63,070 bases of DNA, filler included, from 9 parts of 9 records of this genome joined end to end with filler, not necessarily neighbours in it, one strand, 5' to 3'. Shown: positions 42,538 to 53,498, numbered from the whole stretch's first letter. Notes: generated from the sequence alone by a model not told the origin. Made by a program: numbers and translations.

Positions 42538-42984
42538 TTGAAAATAAGTACAAGAAAATTCGGTGAGATTCAGATAAATGAGGATAAGATCCTGTCCATG
42601 CCGGAAGGGTTGCCCGGATTCTCAGGATTTGACCAATTTGTGCTGCTTGAAGATCCGAAAATCGCTCCTTTCTGCTGGTTCCAGTCCATAAAAGAGCCTG
42701 ACCTTGCCCTGGTGGTCATGGATCCCAAGGTGTTTATGCCGGACTACAGGATCGGACGGGATAAGATCATCAAGGATCTGGGATGGCAAGGGGTGACCAT
42801 AGAAGAAGTGGGGGTCTTTGTGGTGGTAAATATATTCGGCAGGGATGAGGAAAAACAGATTACAGCCAATCTTATGGGGCCGCTGGTGATCAACTCCAAA
42901 ACCAATGAGGCGGTTCAGGTGATCCTGTCAGATACAAACTATTCCTGCCAGTACAATATTCTGGCGCCTGAAGGGGCCAAATAA
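42538..42984 (+). CDS. fliW: flagellar assembly factor
   Basis: STRKFGEI, GLPGF, WFQS, TANLMGPLVIN; canonical flgKL-csrA-fliW order. Confidence 0.95.
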   Translation: MKISTRKFGEIQINEDKILSMPEGLPGFSGFDQFVLLEDPKIAPFCWFQSIKEPDLALVVMDPKVFMPDYRIGRDKIIKDLGWQGVTIEEVGVFVVVNIFGRDEEKQITANLMGPLVINSKTNEAVQVILSDTNYSCQYNILAPEGAK

Positions 42985-42988
42985 AGCC

Positions 42989-43088
42989 NNNNNNNNNNNN
43001 NNNNNNNNNNNNNNNNNNNNNNNNNNNNNNNNTTAATTAATTAANNNNNNNNNNNNNNNNNNNNNNNNNNNNNNNNNNNNNNNNNNNN
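42989..43088. other. artificial contig linker
   Basis: N44-TTAATTAATTAA-N44. Confidence 0.99.
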
Positions 43089-43550
43089 CCTGGCAGAGCA
43101 ATAAGTTCAGAGAAATATTTTTCTTGCTTTCAGTCATCAGGGTTCGTTCCCAACAGTTGGAGAAACGAGTCTTTGTGGCAAATCCATATTTTGGACCCGA
43201 AGGTCGACATTTTATCCAATTTTCACAAAAGTTGTGGGTTTTACAACGGAGGCTGCTTCCAGATTGGTGCAGCCTCCTTGCTTTTATGCTCACTGATTCT
43301 GCTCGATAAACTCCTTGTCTCGCCCTGCCGCCAATCGGCAAATCATTACCCTCGGAATGTTGCTATTTCTGCAGATGTTTTAGGCGGTAAATATATGACC
43401 GCCTTCGGCAGTGGTTCCTGGGTTAACGGTCAATGGGACCGCTATGACGACATTATCGCCTTTGACCGCCTCTGGCTGGATCAATTGCCTCGCGATGTTG
43501 CGGAAAAAAATCGCTTTTCGAAATGCACAGAAGTTATTTGTCGAGCGTGT

Positions 43551-43584
43551 CAGCACAGGGCAGTGATCGGTCTACCCTGTGCTG
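43551..43584 (-). terminator. hairpin downstream of the cox operon
   Basis: CAGCACAGGG-N14-CCCTGTGCTG. Confidence 0.55.
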
Positions 43585-43628
43585 GTGGGATCTTTTGCGA
43601 GATGTTTCTGGGAAAGTCTCAAATCGGT

Positions 43629-44554
43629 TTAGAACGAGTTTCCAGCTATGATCGCATCAAAAATAATGACGGTCAAAAGCAGGGCCATGGAGATATTGAC
43701 CAGATGAAAGGATCGACTGGTTGAATGGCTTTCCTTGGTAGATTTTGTCGCCCTGAATATAAACATGAAAACAGTAAAGGTTCCTGCCATAAAAGATAAA
43801 GACAGGGTCGGAGTTTTAATATAGCTAAATAGTGGAAAGAGGAGATAGCAGAGAAAAAGGCCCATCAGCCAACAGTTGTTGATCTTCAACAGTTTTTCGG
43901 TCGGCAGCGCTGAGAACAGGTCGGGCAGGCCGCTGACCTTAAGGTCGTCCCGATAGCGGCAGAGCAACAGCCAGGTGTGGGGAATTTGCCAGATGAAGAG
44001 CGTCCCGGCGAGGATCATCGGTTTCTGGCTGAGAAGGAAGCCTCCTGCAGCCGTCCAGCCGATCAGCGGGGGAAGGGCTCCGCAGATTGCGCCGGGAATC
44101 GCAGCGAAAGGTGATCTCCGTTTCAGTGGTGTGTAGATTCCGTTGTACCAGATAACCGCAAGGACGCCGAGCAACAGGGGCAGCCCGCTGGAAAGGCTCG
44201 ATAAGGCGAGAATACCGAGCGCCAGACACAATGTGGCCAGCACAAGCACCAGGCCGGGCGAAAAGATGCCCGCCGGGAGTGGGCGCATCTTTGTTCTCTC
44301 CATCAGCTGATCGATGTCCTGTTCCTGCCATTGGTTCAATGCTGAGCAGCCCGCAGACAGAAGTCCGGTCCCCAGAACTGTCAGGGCTGCCAGGTATCCC
44401 ATCGGACCTCCGGCGAAGAGGTATCCGGCAAACGCAGAGAGGGCCACCATGGAGGACAGCTCAACGCGGAATAGCTTGCGCAGTGCCTGAAGAATGTGGG
44501 CTGTTCCCTGATGGTCAAGGGCCAGTTCCTGGTTTTGATTCTGCGGCGTAGCAT
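43629..44554 (-). CDS. ctaB: protoheme IX farnesyltransferase (start uncertain; RBS-ATG at 44554 is out of frame)
   Basis: NQWQEQDIDQLMERTKMRPLP, YTPLKR, GALPPLIGW, WQIPH. Confidence 0.9.
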
Positions 44555-44564
44555 GGAACTCTCC

Positions 44565-45773
44565 TTACTGTTTCAGCAGATGCTCAATGATCGCGTCGAT
44601 TTCTTCTTCGCTGAGGTAGTCTGCCGCCGGCATCATCGGCGCGTAACCTTTGACCATGTCGGCTTCCGGATCGATCAGGGCTCGCTTCAGGTAGTCAGCG
44701 TCAACTTTGATAGTCACATCCTGTCCATCCCGCTCAATGACGATATCGCGTGATCCGATCCCTTTGAAGGTTGGGGCGATGTTTTCGCTGCCATCATTTG
44801 AGTGACATCCGATGCAACCGTTCTCTTCAAGCAGCTGCACGGCATCTGGGCCGGTATCTGCTGCGACTTTGCCGAGCAGATAATCAACAACGGCTTTCAG
44901 GTCCTCGTTGTTGATCGTGCTTTCGTCATAGTCGGGCATCATCGGGTCATACCCTGTGACAACTTCAACGTTTGGTTCGCGAATCGCGCGGATCAGGTAG
45001 TCTTCATCGATGGTGATTTCAACGGTTTGCCCATTTTTATCGAGGGTTCTCGGGCTTCCCGCCAGTTCAAACAGGCTCGGGGCGATTCCGTCACTGCCAT
45101 CAAGGCTGTGACAGCCGGTACAGCCCTGTTCATTGAGTACGGTCAGACCACGTGGCTCTGCGGCGGTCTCAACCGGTTTCAACCATTCGGCGTAATCTTC
45201 TTCCGTCATTGCTTCAACACTGGTGGTCATATCGGCATGACCGACACCGCAGTATTCGGCACAGAAGATATCGTAGCTGCCCGGTTCCGGAGCCTGGAAC
45301 CAGACGTAGGTTTCCATGCCGGGGACCGTATCCCGTTTGATGCGGAAGGCCGGAACAAAGAAGTTATGTAGGACATCGGTCGAATAGAGCATGACTTTGA
45401 TCGGTTTGTTGATCGGTACGTAGAGTTTGCTCTCTTTACGGCCATCCGGGTATTCAAACTGCCATGACCACATGCGCGCGGTTGCTTTGACTTCCATGGC
45501 TCCCGGAGGCACTTCACGCAGGCCGACGTAGTTCGTCCAGCCGTACCAGAACATGGTCATGACAATCAGGATCGGTAAGACCGTCCAGATGGTTTCCAGC
45601 AGGAGGCTTCCGTGGGCGTCGGACGTCGGTTCCGGATATTTCGAGCGTCGGTATTTGACGACGAAATAGATCGTCACGGCTGTGATCCCGATCAGCAGCA
45701 CTAGAGAAAAACCGAAAATGTAGATCAGAACATTATCGACTGCTTCAGCAGTTGGATTATTCAGCTGGTTCAC
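44565..45773 (-). CDS. coxB: cytochrome c oxidase subunit II with two C-terminal cytochrome c domains
   Basis: CuA motif DVLH...CAEYCGVGHADM; CTGCH and CIGCH. Confidence 0.95.
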   Translation of the reverse strand: MNQLNNPTAEAVDNVLIYIFGFSLVLLIGITAVTIYFVVKYRRSKYPEPTSDAHGSLLLETIWTVLPILIVMTMFWYGWTNYVGLREVPPGAMEVKATARMWSWQFEYPDGRKESKLYVPINKPIKVMLYSTDVLHNFFVPAFRIKRDTVPGMETYVWFQAPEPGSYDIFCAEYCGVGHADMTTSVEAMTEEDYAEWLKPVETAAEPRGLTVLNEQGCTGCHSLDGSDGIAPSLFELAGSPRTLDKNGQTVEITIDEDYLIRAIREPNVEVVTGYDPMMPDYDESTINNEDLKAVVDYLLGKVAADTGPDAVQLLEENGCIGCHSNDGSENIAPTFKGIGSRDIVIERDGQDVTIKVDADYLKRALIDPEADMVKGYAPMMPAADYLSEEEIDAIIEHLLKQ

Positions 45774-45781
45774 AGTGACTC

Positions 45782-46063
45782 CTAACGGTAAGGCACATCT
45801 GAGAAAGTCAGCCCGATAAACACGGCAACGACAAGAATTAAAATATAAAGTCCCAGCCTGAAGAGTTTGGATTCCTGCTTCAGGTGCATAAAGATCGCCA
45901 GAACAACGCCGGCCTGAATCGAGGCCAGGGTCAGGGCGATCCAGATATTCAGCGTCCCCAGTTCAACCCGAGATATGCCAACATTGCTCAGGGTCAGGAC
46001 AACCAGAACGACCCAGTAACGCAGATAGGTTCCGACGGGAACAGGTGCATGTTTCTCATCCAT
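45782..46063 (-). CDS. coxD: cytochrome c oxidase subunit IV
   Basis: Three TM helices, FMHLK motif. Confidence 0.88.
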   Translation of the reverse strand: MDEKHAPVPVGTYLRYWVVLVVLTLSNVGISRVELGTLNIWIALTLASIQAGVVLAIFMHLKQESKLFRLGLYILILVVAVFIGLTFSDVPYR

Positions 46064-46073
46064 AGTCAGCTCC

Positions 46074-46673
46074 TTACAGCATCAGGTAATAAAGAGGGAA
46101 TACGAAAATCCAGACCAGATCGACCAGGTGCCAGTAGAGGGCGCTGTTGACCAGCAGGGTCGGGCGTTCACCGGTCACCTTACCGGACGAGATCATCCCA
46201 GCGACAACCCCGATCAGGACAATGCCGATGATGATGTGCAGCCCGTGTAGTCCGGTGGTAAAAAAGTAAAGGTTAAAAAACGAAGCAAACCCCGGCGAGG
46301 AGGCGAGCAATTGGTCTGATCCCGGATAAATGCCGTGAGAGATCTCTGCGGACCACTCAAAATATTTATTCACCAAAAACACGGCGGCCAAAGCCATAGT
46401 CAGGTAGCTGAGGCCGAGCGCCTGTTTGACCTTTTCATTCTGCAGGGCCGTGATCGCCAGCGATATGGTCACACTGCTGGTCAGCAGGATCAGGGTGTTG
46501 ATCGTGCCGAGGGTGACGTTCAGCGTCTGGCTGGCCTCGGAAAAACCCTCCGGATGCCGACTGAGCGATACAGAAAACAGAATAAACAGGCCGCTGAACA
46601 GGATGACCTCGGTGTAGAGGAACAGCCACATGCCAAAGCGGCTGCCTGTATCATCGCGATGTTCAATACTCAT
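46074..46673 (-). CDS. coxC: cytochrome c oxidase subunit III
   Basis: GMWLFLYTEVILF, NTLILLTSS, TGLHGLH, LYWHLVDLVW. Confidence 0.95.
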   Translation of the reverse strand: MSIEHRDDTGSRFGMWLFLYTEVILFSGLFILFSVSLSRHPEGFSEASQTLNVTLGTINTLILLTSSVTISLAITALQNEKVKQALGLSYLTMALAAVFLVNKYFEWSAEISHGIYPGSDQLLASSPGFASFFNLYFFTTGLHGLHIIIGIVLIGVVAGMISSGKVTGERPTLLVNSALYWHLVDLVWIFVFPLYYLML

Positions 46674-48288
46674 CAGCAACGACTCCTTTGTAGTCATACG
46701 GGCCTTTGGTGACGACGGGGTCTTCTTCGCCGAAGTTCAGCATCGGCGGCGGTGACGGGACAGTCCACTCAAGTGTCGCTGCGCCCCATGGGTTGTTGCC
46801 GACCGGTTTGCCTTTACGCACCCCTTGCCAGAGATTGTAGAACATGATGATCAGGCCGACAGCAAGGATCCATGATCCGATTGTGGCCGCCATGTTGAGC
46901 GCCTGAAATTCCGGTAGATAATCGTAGTAGCGCCGTGGCATGCCCTGGATTCCAACGGCCTGCATCGACATATAGAGAATATTGAAGCCGGAGAAGAGAA
47001 AGAGCCAGGCGATAAATGCGATTCTGTGGTTGTACATGCGGCCGGTGAACTTCGGAAGCCAGAAATGAAGAGCTGCAAAGAATGCAAACCCGGCCCCACC
47101 AAACATCGTGTAGTGGAAGTGTCCAACGACGAAGGTCGTGTCGTGCAGGTGGATGTCACTGGCAGCGGCACCGAGGGCCAGGCCGCCAAGACCACCGATG
47201 GCAAATTGGAACATAAAAGCCAGGGCGTAGAGCATCGGTGGCGCCAGCTCGATCGATCCTTTGTAGAGGGTTGAAACCCAGTTGAAGATTTTGATCGCGC
47301 TGGGAATAGCGACGATAAAGGTTAAAAATGAGAACACCAGAACAGCAAAATCACTCATGCCGCTGGCGTACATGTGGTGTGCCCAGACCAGGGATCCGGC
47401 AAAGGCAATCGCCAGACTTGAAATTGCCATGGCCCAGTAGCCGAACAGGGGCTTGCGGGAGAAGGTTGGGATAATATCGGAGATAACGCCCATGCCGGGA
47501 AGAATCATGATGTAGACAGCCGGGTGGGAATAGATCCAGAACAGGTGCTGATAAAGGATCGGATCGCCCCCTTGGGCGGCGTCGAACAGGCCGGCACCGA
47601 AAATACGCTCCAGAAAAACCAGAACCAGGGTAATACCGAGCATCGGGGTGGCCAGGATTTGAATCCAGGCTGTTGCGTAGAGCGTCCAGGTAAACATCGG
47701 CAGGCGGCCCCAGGTCATTCCTTCGGCGCGCAGGCGGTGAATGGTGGTAACAAAGTTGATCCCGGTTAAAATCGACGAGAACCCGAGAATAAAGGCTCCG
47801 GTGACGGCCAGGTCGACATTGGTGGTCGTCTGGGTACTGAAGGGAACATAAAATGTCCAGCCGGTGTCTGGTGCGCCTCCGCCGGTGAAAAGCGACAGAA
47901 CAGCCAGAAGGCCACCAGCGATGTAGCAGTACCAGGAGAGCAGGTTCAGCTTTGGAAATGAGACGTCGCGGGCGCCGATCTGAATCGGCAGCAACAGGTT
48001 GCCAAAGGCACCGACAATGCTCGGGATGATGAACAGAAAGATCATGATAATCCCGTGAACGGTGAAGGTCGCATTGTAGGTCTGTGCGCTCATGATGTCC
48101 TGGCCGGGTGACATCAGCTCCAGGCGGATCGCCAGACCGAGGCAGACCGCGACAATGAACATGGCGATGATACAGACCAGGTACATGATGCCGATCCGCT
48201 TGTGGTCCGTCGACAGCAACCAGCCGAGAATGCCGTCCCGCGGACTTTCGCTGTAAAAGCCAGTGTACTTAAGGGGCGTAGTGGTCAT
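46663..48288 (-). CDS. coxA: cytochrome c oxidase subunit I, A2 type
   Basis: TDHKRIG, WIYSHPAVY (YS motif), VWAHH, HDTTFVVGHFH. Confidence 0.97.
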   Translation of the reverse strand: MTTTPLKYTGFYSESPRDGILGWLLSTDHKRIGIMYLVCIIAMFIVAVCLGLAIRLELMSPGQDIMSAQTYNATFTVHGIIMIFLFIIPSIVGAFGNLLLPIQIGARDVSFPKLNLLSWYCYIAGGLLAVLSLFTGGGAPDTGWTFYVPFSTQTTTNVDLAVTGAFILGFSSILTGINFVTTIHRLRAEGMTWGRLPMFTWTLYATAWIQILATPMLGITLVLVFLERIFGAGLFDAAQGGDPILYQHLFWIYSHPAVYIMILPGMGVISDIIPTFSRKPLFGYWAMAISSLAIAFAGSLVWAHHMYASGMSDFAVLVFSFLTFIVAIPSAIKIFNWVSTLYKGSIELAPPMLYALAFMFQFAIGGLGGLALGAAASDIHLHDTTFVVGHFHYTMFGGAGFAFFAALHFWLPKFTGRMYNHRIAFIAWLFLFSGFNILYMSMQAVGIQGMPRRYYDYLPEFQALNMAATIGSWILAVGLIIMFYNLWQGVRKGKPVGNNPWGAATLEWTVPSPPPMLNFGEEDPVVTKGPYDYKGVVADEY

Positions 48289-49043
48289 TTTTTCTTCTTT
48301 CTCCCGCTCAGGATCAGGAAGAGCAGAAAGCTCCCGAGAGTTAACAGAATGACGGTGCCGCTGATGCGAAATAGATTAAACACATAGCGCCGCCCTTCCG
48401 GGTCGTAGCTGAAGCAGAACTGAAGCGCGGTTTTGATCGGCTTGCCGATCCTGCCTTCGCTGGCTTCAAGAAGCGCCATGGAAATGTCGATCGGTGAAAA
48501 ACGCTGCCCGATCAGGTAGCGAACGATGGTTCCATCCTTGGAGACAACGAAGACGGCAATTGGATGGAGGAACTCTTCTCCCTCTTTGGTGAAGTAGTAC
48601 CCGGCCGCGTCTGTGACCTTCAGGATATCGTCCTGCTGGCCGGTCAGAAAGGTCCAGGCATCCCTTGGATAAGAGGGATCTTTCAGAGCCGTCATGAAGG
48701 TTTTTTTGCTGCGAGCGGCCATCGCTGACGTTTCTGTCGGGTCGAAGCTGAGGGTGATGACATTGTAGTCCTCACCGGCATTCAGTTTGACCTTGGGCAG
48801 GGCCTCGGACAGCCCACCGAGAAGCATATTGCAGACGTTACGGCAGTTGTAGAAAACCGGCGCGATCAGGGTTGGTCGGTCAATCATCTGATCCAGCCGA
48901 ACGCTCTGACCGTTAGAGTCGACGAACGTCAGGTCCAGGGGGATTTTCTTCCCCAGTTGTTCGATCAGCTCGACACGATTTTCAGAAGCGAGGGAGGTAG
49001 CTGGTAGGAAAAGGAGTAGAAAAATCAGAGTTCTGAAGAGCAA
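48285..49043 (-). CDS. SCO-family copper chaperone
   Basis: FYNCRNVC (CxxxC), LSFDP, conserved His; GGGAGG RBS before TTG at 49043. Confidence 0.9.
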   Translation of the reverse strand: MLFRTLIFLLLFLPATSLASENRVELIEQLGKKIPLDLTFVDSNGQSVRLDQMIDRPTLIAPVFYNCRNVCNMLLGGLSEALPKVKLNAGEDYNVITLSFDPTETSAMAARSKKTFMTALKDPSYPRDAWTFLTGQQDDILKVTDAAGYYFTKEGEEFLHPIAVFVVSKDGTIVRYLIGQRFSPIDISMALLEASEGRIGKPIKTALQFCFSYDPEGRRYVFNLFRISGTVILLTLGSFLLFLILSGRKKKK

Positions 49044-49255
49044 AGTGGTTGCCTCCCAACAAGCTTGGTGGATATGGGTGGACAGAATACTTAACTTTAC
49101 CAAAGTGGTCAAGAATTGATTTTCGTGTTTTATTTGAAAAACGCGATCGAAAGTATTATATCAGCTAGTGGGCGTCACTTCAGTATTTTTCAGTTTTTAC
49201 AGGTGGCCGGTAGGAAAAAGCAGCAAAACCGCAGTCGAGATAGAGGACATCGTAT

Positions 49256-49450
49256 ATGAGTAACGAATTGGAAAACCGTTTAAATGAGCTGGAAGAGCGT
49301 TTCAGTCATCAGTCGTTGCACGTTGATGAGTTGAACGAGGTCGTGACCCAGTGCAACCTGCAGATAGGTCAGTTAAGCCGCGAATTGTCAAAAATGCGTG
49401 AAATGCTCAAGTCGCTTCAGCCGTCGATGGAGGAATCGCCGGATGAATAA
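49256..49450 (+). CDS. slyX: SlyX-family protein
   Basis: RLNELEERFSHQ...ELNEVV..Q coiled coil; lacks the usual PPHY tail. Confidence 0.75.
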   Translation: MSNELENRLNELEERFSHQSLHVDELNEVVTQCNLQIGQLSRELSKMREMLKSLQPSMEESPDE

Positions 49451-49979
49451 GGGGCTTCTCATGTTTCGGGGACGCACGATCGGTGAAGCGGTCGGCGTCT
49501 GCGTCATCGCACTTGTTGTCGGGCTGAGTGTCAATTTTAAAACGGTCCGCAGCGCCTTTACTGGACAGGCTCCGGTAGTTGACGCTCTCAGCGGGGAGGG
49601 AACCAGAGTGGAGCAGGCCGATGGTACGATGGTTGACGTGACACCCTTCCCGGTTGCGCTTGACGAAATGAACGACTTCCTCGCTGAAGGCGCTCTTATT
49701 ATCGATTCACGAAATGTTGATGATTATAACATCGGACATATTGCCGGGGCTGTGTCTTTGCCGCTCGGAACGATCGAACAGACGATTGGGCGCTTCAAGG
49801 TGGACGTCTCTCCTGAGAGGACTCTGATCGTTTATTGCAGTGGCTATGGTTGCCCCGATTCCGGGCATGTCGCTGTCAGGCTGATGCAGGAGGGATTCGT
49901 TGATGTCCTGATCTATGAAGGTGGTTTTCCGGAATGGCGAGATGCCGGGCGCGCTGTCGAAATGGGGGCGAGCGAATGA
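49443..49979 (+). CDS. rhodanese-like domain protein
   Basis: IDSR...GHIAGAVSLP, VYCSGYGC, YEGGFPEW. Confidence 0.9.
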   Translation: MNKGLLMFRGRTIGEAVGVCVIALVVGLSVNFKTVRSAFTGQAPVVDALSGEGTRVEQADGTMVDVTPFPVALDEMNDFLAEGALIIDSRNVDDYNIGHIAGAVSLPLGTIEQTIGRFKVDVSPERTLIVYCSGYGCPDSGHVAVRLMQEGFVDVLIYEGGFPEWRDAGRAVEMGASE

Positions 49980-50189
49980 TGGCATCGGTCTTTTATCATA
50001 GCAGTCGCCTGATCTTGGCCGCCACGTTTCTCTATGCCGGAGTTATCAAGGCCAGCGATGTGGTCGGCTTTGCCGGACAGATTGCCAACTATCAGCTGCT
50101 GCCGTATGCGTGGAATTACCTCGTCGCGGCGAGCTTGCCATATGTGGAAATCGCCTGCGGTGCCCTGTTGCTTATCAACCGCAGAGTGC
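49976..50189 (+). CDS. MauE/DoxX-family membrane protein (3' partial)
   Basis: RLILAATFLYAGVIK...IANYQLLP...LPYVEI. Confidence 0.85.
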
Positions 50190-50289
50190 NNNNNNNNNNN
50201 NNNNNNNNNNNNNNNNNNNNNNNNNNNNNNNNNTTAATTAATTAANNNNNNNNNNNNNNNNNNNNNNNNNNNNNNNNNNNNNNNNNNNN
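50190..50289. other. artificial contig linker
   Basis: N44-TTAATTAATTAA-N44. Confidence 0.99.
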
Positions 50290-50290
50290 A

Positions 50291-52627
50291 AAATTGGGTG
50301 ATAACTGGTTGACATTTTTAAACAATTATGATGACAATCCTTTAATCAAAGACCGATTTAATTATGATGTCTTATATCACACAGATTTATCCAGAGATAT
50401 AGGTGAGTCTAATGGCATTGATTTGACACGCATCAATTGGGGAAACTATGACCTGGTTGTTATAGATGAATCTCATAATTTCAGAAATAATGATCCTCGA
50501 AAAGATAGAATCACCCGCTATCAAAAATTGCTCAATCACGTAATGAAAGCAGGTGTTAAAACAAAAGTGTTAATGCTTTCTGCCACTCCTGTGAACAACA
50601 GATTTAATGATCTTAAAAATCAAATAGCATTGGCTTACGAAGGCCATACCAGCGATATGGATGATAAACTGGACATCAGTAAATCCATTGATACGGTTTT
50701 GAAAAATTCACAGAAAATTTTTAACGAGTGGTCCAAAAGTCCTCTTGAAGAAAGAACGAGCCAACAATTATTAAAAAAACTGAATACCAATTTCGATTTC
50801 TTTAAACTGCTTGATAGTGTTACCATTGCCAGAAGCAGAAAGCATATCGAAAAATATTACAATATGGATCAAATCGGCAAATTCCCAAATCGACTTAAAC
50901 CCATTACACACCGGGCTGATATAACTGATTTGCAGGGCTTTATAGAAATTTCCGATTTGTACAGAGAACTTTCCAGATTAAATATGTCCATTTATTCACC
51001 CTTTGACTATATCCTCGATAGTAAAAAAGAGCTCTATAGTGATCTGTATGATACGGATATTAATGAGAATGTAAAACTAAAACAATCGCACCGGGAAAAG
51101 AGTTTGCAAACATTGATGCGCGTGAATCTGCTCAAAAGGCTTGAAAGCTCTGTGGACTCTTTTCGAATTACACTAACTAAATTTCTCAAAGGTATAGAAA
51201 CCACAATTAAGAAAATCGACGAGTTTCAGAATAATGGCAGGGCGTTTTATACTGATGCAGAACAAGTGGATGATTTGAATCTGGATACAGAAAGCGATGA
51301 CTGGTTCGATGACGAATTTAGTATTGGTGATAAAATAAAAATTAATCTGGCAGACATGAACACAACCGGCTGGAAAACAGACCTGATAGCCGATTATAAT
51401 GTGGCTAGTGAACTTTTAAAAGAGATGCAAAAGGTAACACCAGATCATGATAAAAAATTACAGGATTTAAAACAGTTTATTCAACATAAAATAGAAAAGC
51501 CAATTAACGAAAATAACAAGAAAATTCTGATTTTTAGCGCTTTCGCAGATACGGTCAATTACCTTTATGAAAATATAGCTCCGTACAATAAAAAAGTACA
51601 TAATCTCGAGACCGCCAAAGTGGTTGGTACAGACCAGAACAAATCAACTTTGAATATCCATCATTCTTTTAATAACATTCTGATTCATTTTTCCCCACGC
51701 TCTAAAGAACGAAAAGACAAAACAGCTCCTGAAATCGATATTCTTATTGCCACGGATTGTATTTCCGAAGGACAAAATTTACAGGATTGTGACACACTGA
51801 TTAATTATGATATTCACTGGAATCCTGTTCGTATTATACAACGATTTGGTAGAATTGACAGGATCGGCTCTCGTAACAAAGACATTCAGCTCATCAATTT
51901 TTGGCCGCAGATTTCTCTTGATGATTACATCAATCTTAAAAACAGGGTTGAGAGCAAGATGTACATGGTAGATGCCACGGCAACCGGTGAGGACAATGTT
52001 TTAACAAATGAATCTTCAGATTTGCTCTTTCGAAAAAAACAACTGGAAAAGTTACAGGAAGAGGTTGTGGATATTGAAGACATGGGATCCGGTGTATCCA
52101 TTACGGATTTGGGATTAAACGATTTTCGTATGGATTTGGTCAATTATATCAATCAGAATGGGAATCTGGAGAGTGTGCCAAATGGAATGCACGCTGTATG
52201 TGTTAAAGATGAAGAAATGGGCATACCTGCAGGTGTCATCTATGTACTGCGAAATATCAACAGCGATGTGAATATTGACAACACCAACCAGCTGCACCCG
52301 TTCTACCTGGTATATATTCAGGAAGATGGATCCGTTTTATCCAACCACCTGAATGTCAAAAACACGCTTGATATTCTACGAGCAATTTCCAGGGGAAAAG
52401 AGTCCCCCATCAAAGAAGTATATGAGCCTTTTAATGACGAGACTAATGATGGAAAAAAGATGGATAAATATTCGGCCCTGCTCAATAGCGCCATTGAATC
52501 CATTTTAAATGTCAAAGATGAAAAAGATGTGGACAGTCTCTTCTCTGCAGGTGGAACAACAGCGCTCTTGAATAACATAAAAGGCCTGGACGATTTTGAA
52601 TTAATTACTTTTATCGTGATAAAATAG
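50291..52627 (+). CDS. SNF2-related helicase (5' partial)
   Basis: VVIDESHNFRN, LSATPVNN, LKRLESS, ATDCISEGQNLQ, NYDIHWNPVRIIQRFGRIDRIGS. Confidence 0.93.
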   Translation, partial: KLGDNWLTFLNNYDDNPLIKDRFNYDVLYHTDLSRDIGESNGIDLTRINWGNYDLVVIDESHNFRNNDPRKDRITRYQKLLNHVMKAGVKTKVLMLSATPVNNRFNDLKNQIALAYEGHTSDMDDKLDISKSIDTVLKNSQKIFNEWSKSPLEERTSQQLLKKLNTNFDFFKLLDSVTIARSRKHIEKYYNMDQIGKFPNRLKPITHRADITDLQGFIEISDLYRELSRLNMSIYSPFDYILDSKKELYSDLYDTDINENVKLKQSHREKSLQTLMRVNLLKRLESSVDSFRITLTKFLKGIETTIKKIDEFQNNGRAFYTDAEQVDDLNLDTESDDWFDDEFSIGDKIKINLADMNTTGWKTDLIADYNVASELLKEMQKVTPDHDKKLQDLKQFIQHKIEKPINENNKKILIFSAFADTVNYLYENIAPYNKKVHNLETAKVVGTDQNKSTLNIHHSFNNILIHFSPRSKERKDKTAPEIDILIATDCISEGQNLQDCDTLINYDIHWNPVRIIQRFGRIDRIGSRNKDIQLINFWPQISLDDYINLKNRVESKMYMVDATATGEDNVLTNESSDLLFRKKQLEKLQEEVVDIEDMGSGVSITDLGLNDFRMDLVNYINQNGNLESVPNGMHAVCVKDEEMGIPAGVIYVLRNINSDVNIDNTNQLHPFYLVYIQEDGSVLSNHLNVKNTLDILRAISRGKESPIKEVYEPFNDETNDGKKMDKYSALLNSAIESILNVKDEKDVDSLFSAGGTTALLNNIKGLDDFELITFIVIK

Positions 52628-52641
52628 ACCACGAAAAAATT

Positions 52642-52719
52642 AACCACGAAACACACGAAAACCACGAAAAAAGAACAAAAACCAAAACAGTAAAACCCCT
52701 ATTCGTGCCTTTCGTGATT
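52642..52719. repeat. nonamer palindrome unit A
   Basis: AACCACGAAACACACGAAAACCACGAAA...TTCGTGCCTTTCGTGATT; extra ACCACGAAA at 52628. Confidence 0.9.
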
Positions 52720-52771
52720 CAGAATGGCGGGGCAAGGGATAAAGCCTGAATAAATGTCAAAGACCATAACA

Positions 52772-52840
52772 AACCACGAAAAGTGCGAAAAATGAATAAA
52801 AACCAAAATTGTAAAAGCGATGTTCGTGCATTTCGTGGTT
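52772..52840. repeat. nonamer palindrome unit B
   Basis: AACCACGAAAAGTGCGAAA...TTCGTGCATTTCGTGGTT. Confidence 0.9.
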
Positions 52841-52859
52841 CAAAACTAAAATACCCGAA

Positions 52860-53498
52860 ATGAACTGGCAACTACCCAAAACCGCACGTGTTAATAAATT
52901 CATAGCCAAAACCAGGTTTTATGACAGGGTGACACTAGGCGTCAAATTACAGAACGAGTTTATACATAAAATTCAAAAAATTACGTGGCTCTATAAATTG
53001 GCCGAAGAGACCATCAATATTTCCAAAACAGATAATGTGACCGAAATACAGATTTTTGTCATAGAGTTAAAAGAGCAGGTTATTCCGAAAAATGTATTGA
53101 AAGTAATTGATAAAACAATACCCTACCCAATTTTATATCAATTTGTTTATGAAAACAATCGTGCTTACGGGATGGCCCTGAAGGAAAAGAACAACATTAA
53201 AACGTACTATTTTTCCGAATGGGATGAAGAGGTGCGATTTGATTTTACCGGCATAAATTTGGAAAAAGTGTATCAAAAACTGATTCAGGCATTTATCCCC
53301 AACAAAGCCGGAAAAGAGAATAATTTTAATGATGTCGTAGCCCTGGACCGCCAAATAAAAACGGTACAAAAAGAGATGTTTGCACTGGAAAACAAAATCA
53401 GAAAAGAGAAACAGTTTAACCGCAAGGTAGAGATAAATAAAATTTTATTAGAAAAGAATAAAGAGCTTGAACGATTAACATCGAATATTACAAAATAG
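52860..53498 (+). CDS. DUF4391-domain protein
   Basis: LP..A.VNKFIAK..FY, ITWLYKLA, EIQIF, IDKTIPY, KEKQFNRKVEIN; typical position between helicase and type III mod. Confidence 0.85.
   Translation: MNWQLPKTARVNKFIAKTRFYDRVTLGVKLQNEFIHKIQKITWLYKLAEETINISKTDNVTEIQIFVIELKEQVIPKNVLKVIDKTIPYPILYQFVYENNRAYGMALKEKNNIKTYYFSEWDEEVRFDFTGINLEKVYQKLIQAFIPNKAGKENNFNDVVALDRQIKTVQKEMFALENKIRKEKQFNRKVEINKILLEKNKELERLTSNITK

Noticed and set aside
43173-43724. 183-aa ORF and nearby hairpins as a gene or riboswitch
   Set aside because: No recognisable family; it overlaps the ctaB end and a terminator hairpin; no riboswitch consensus identified.
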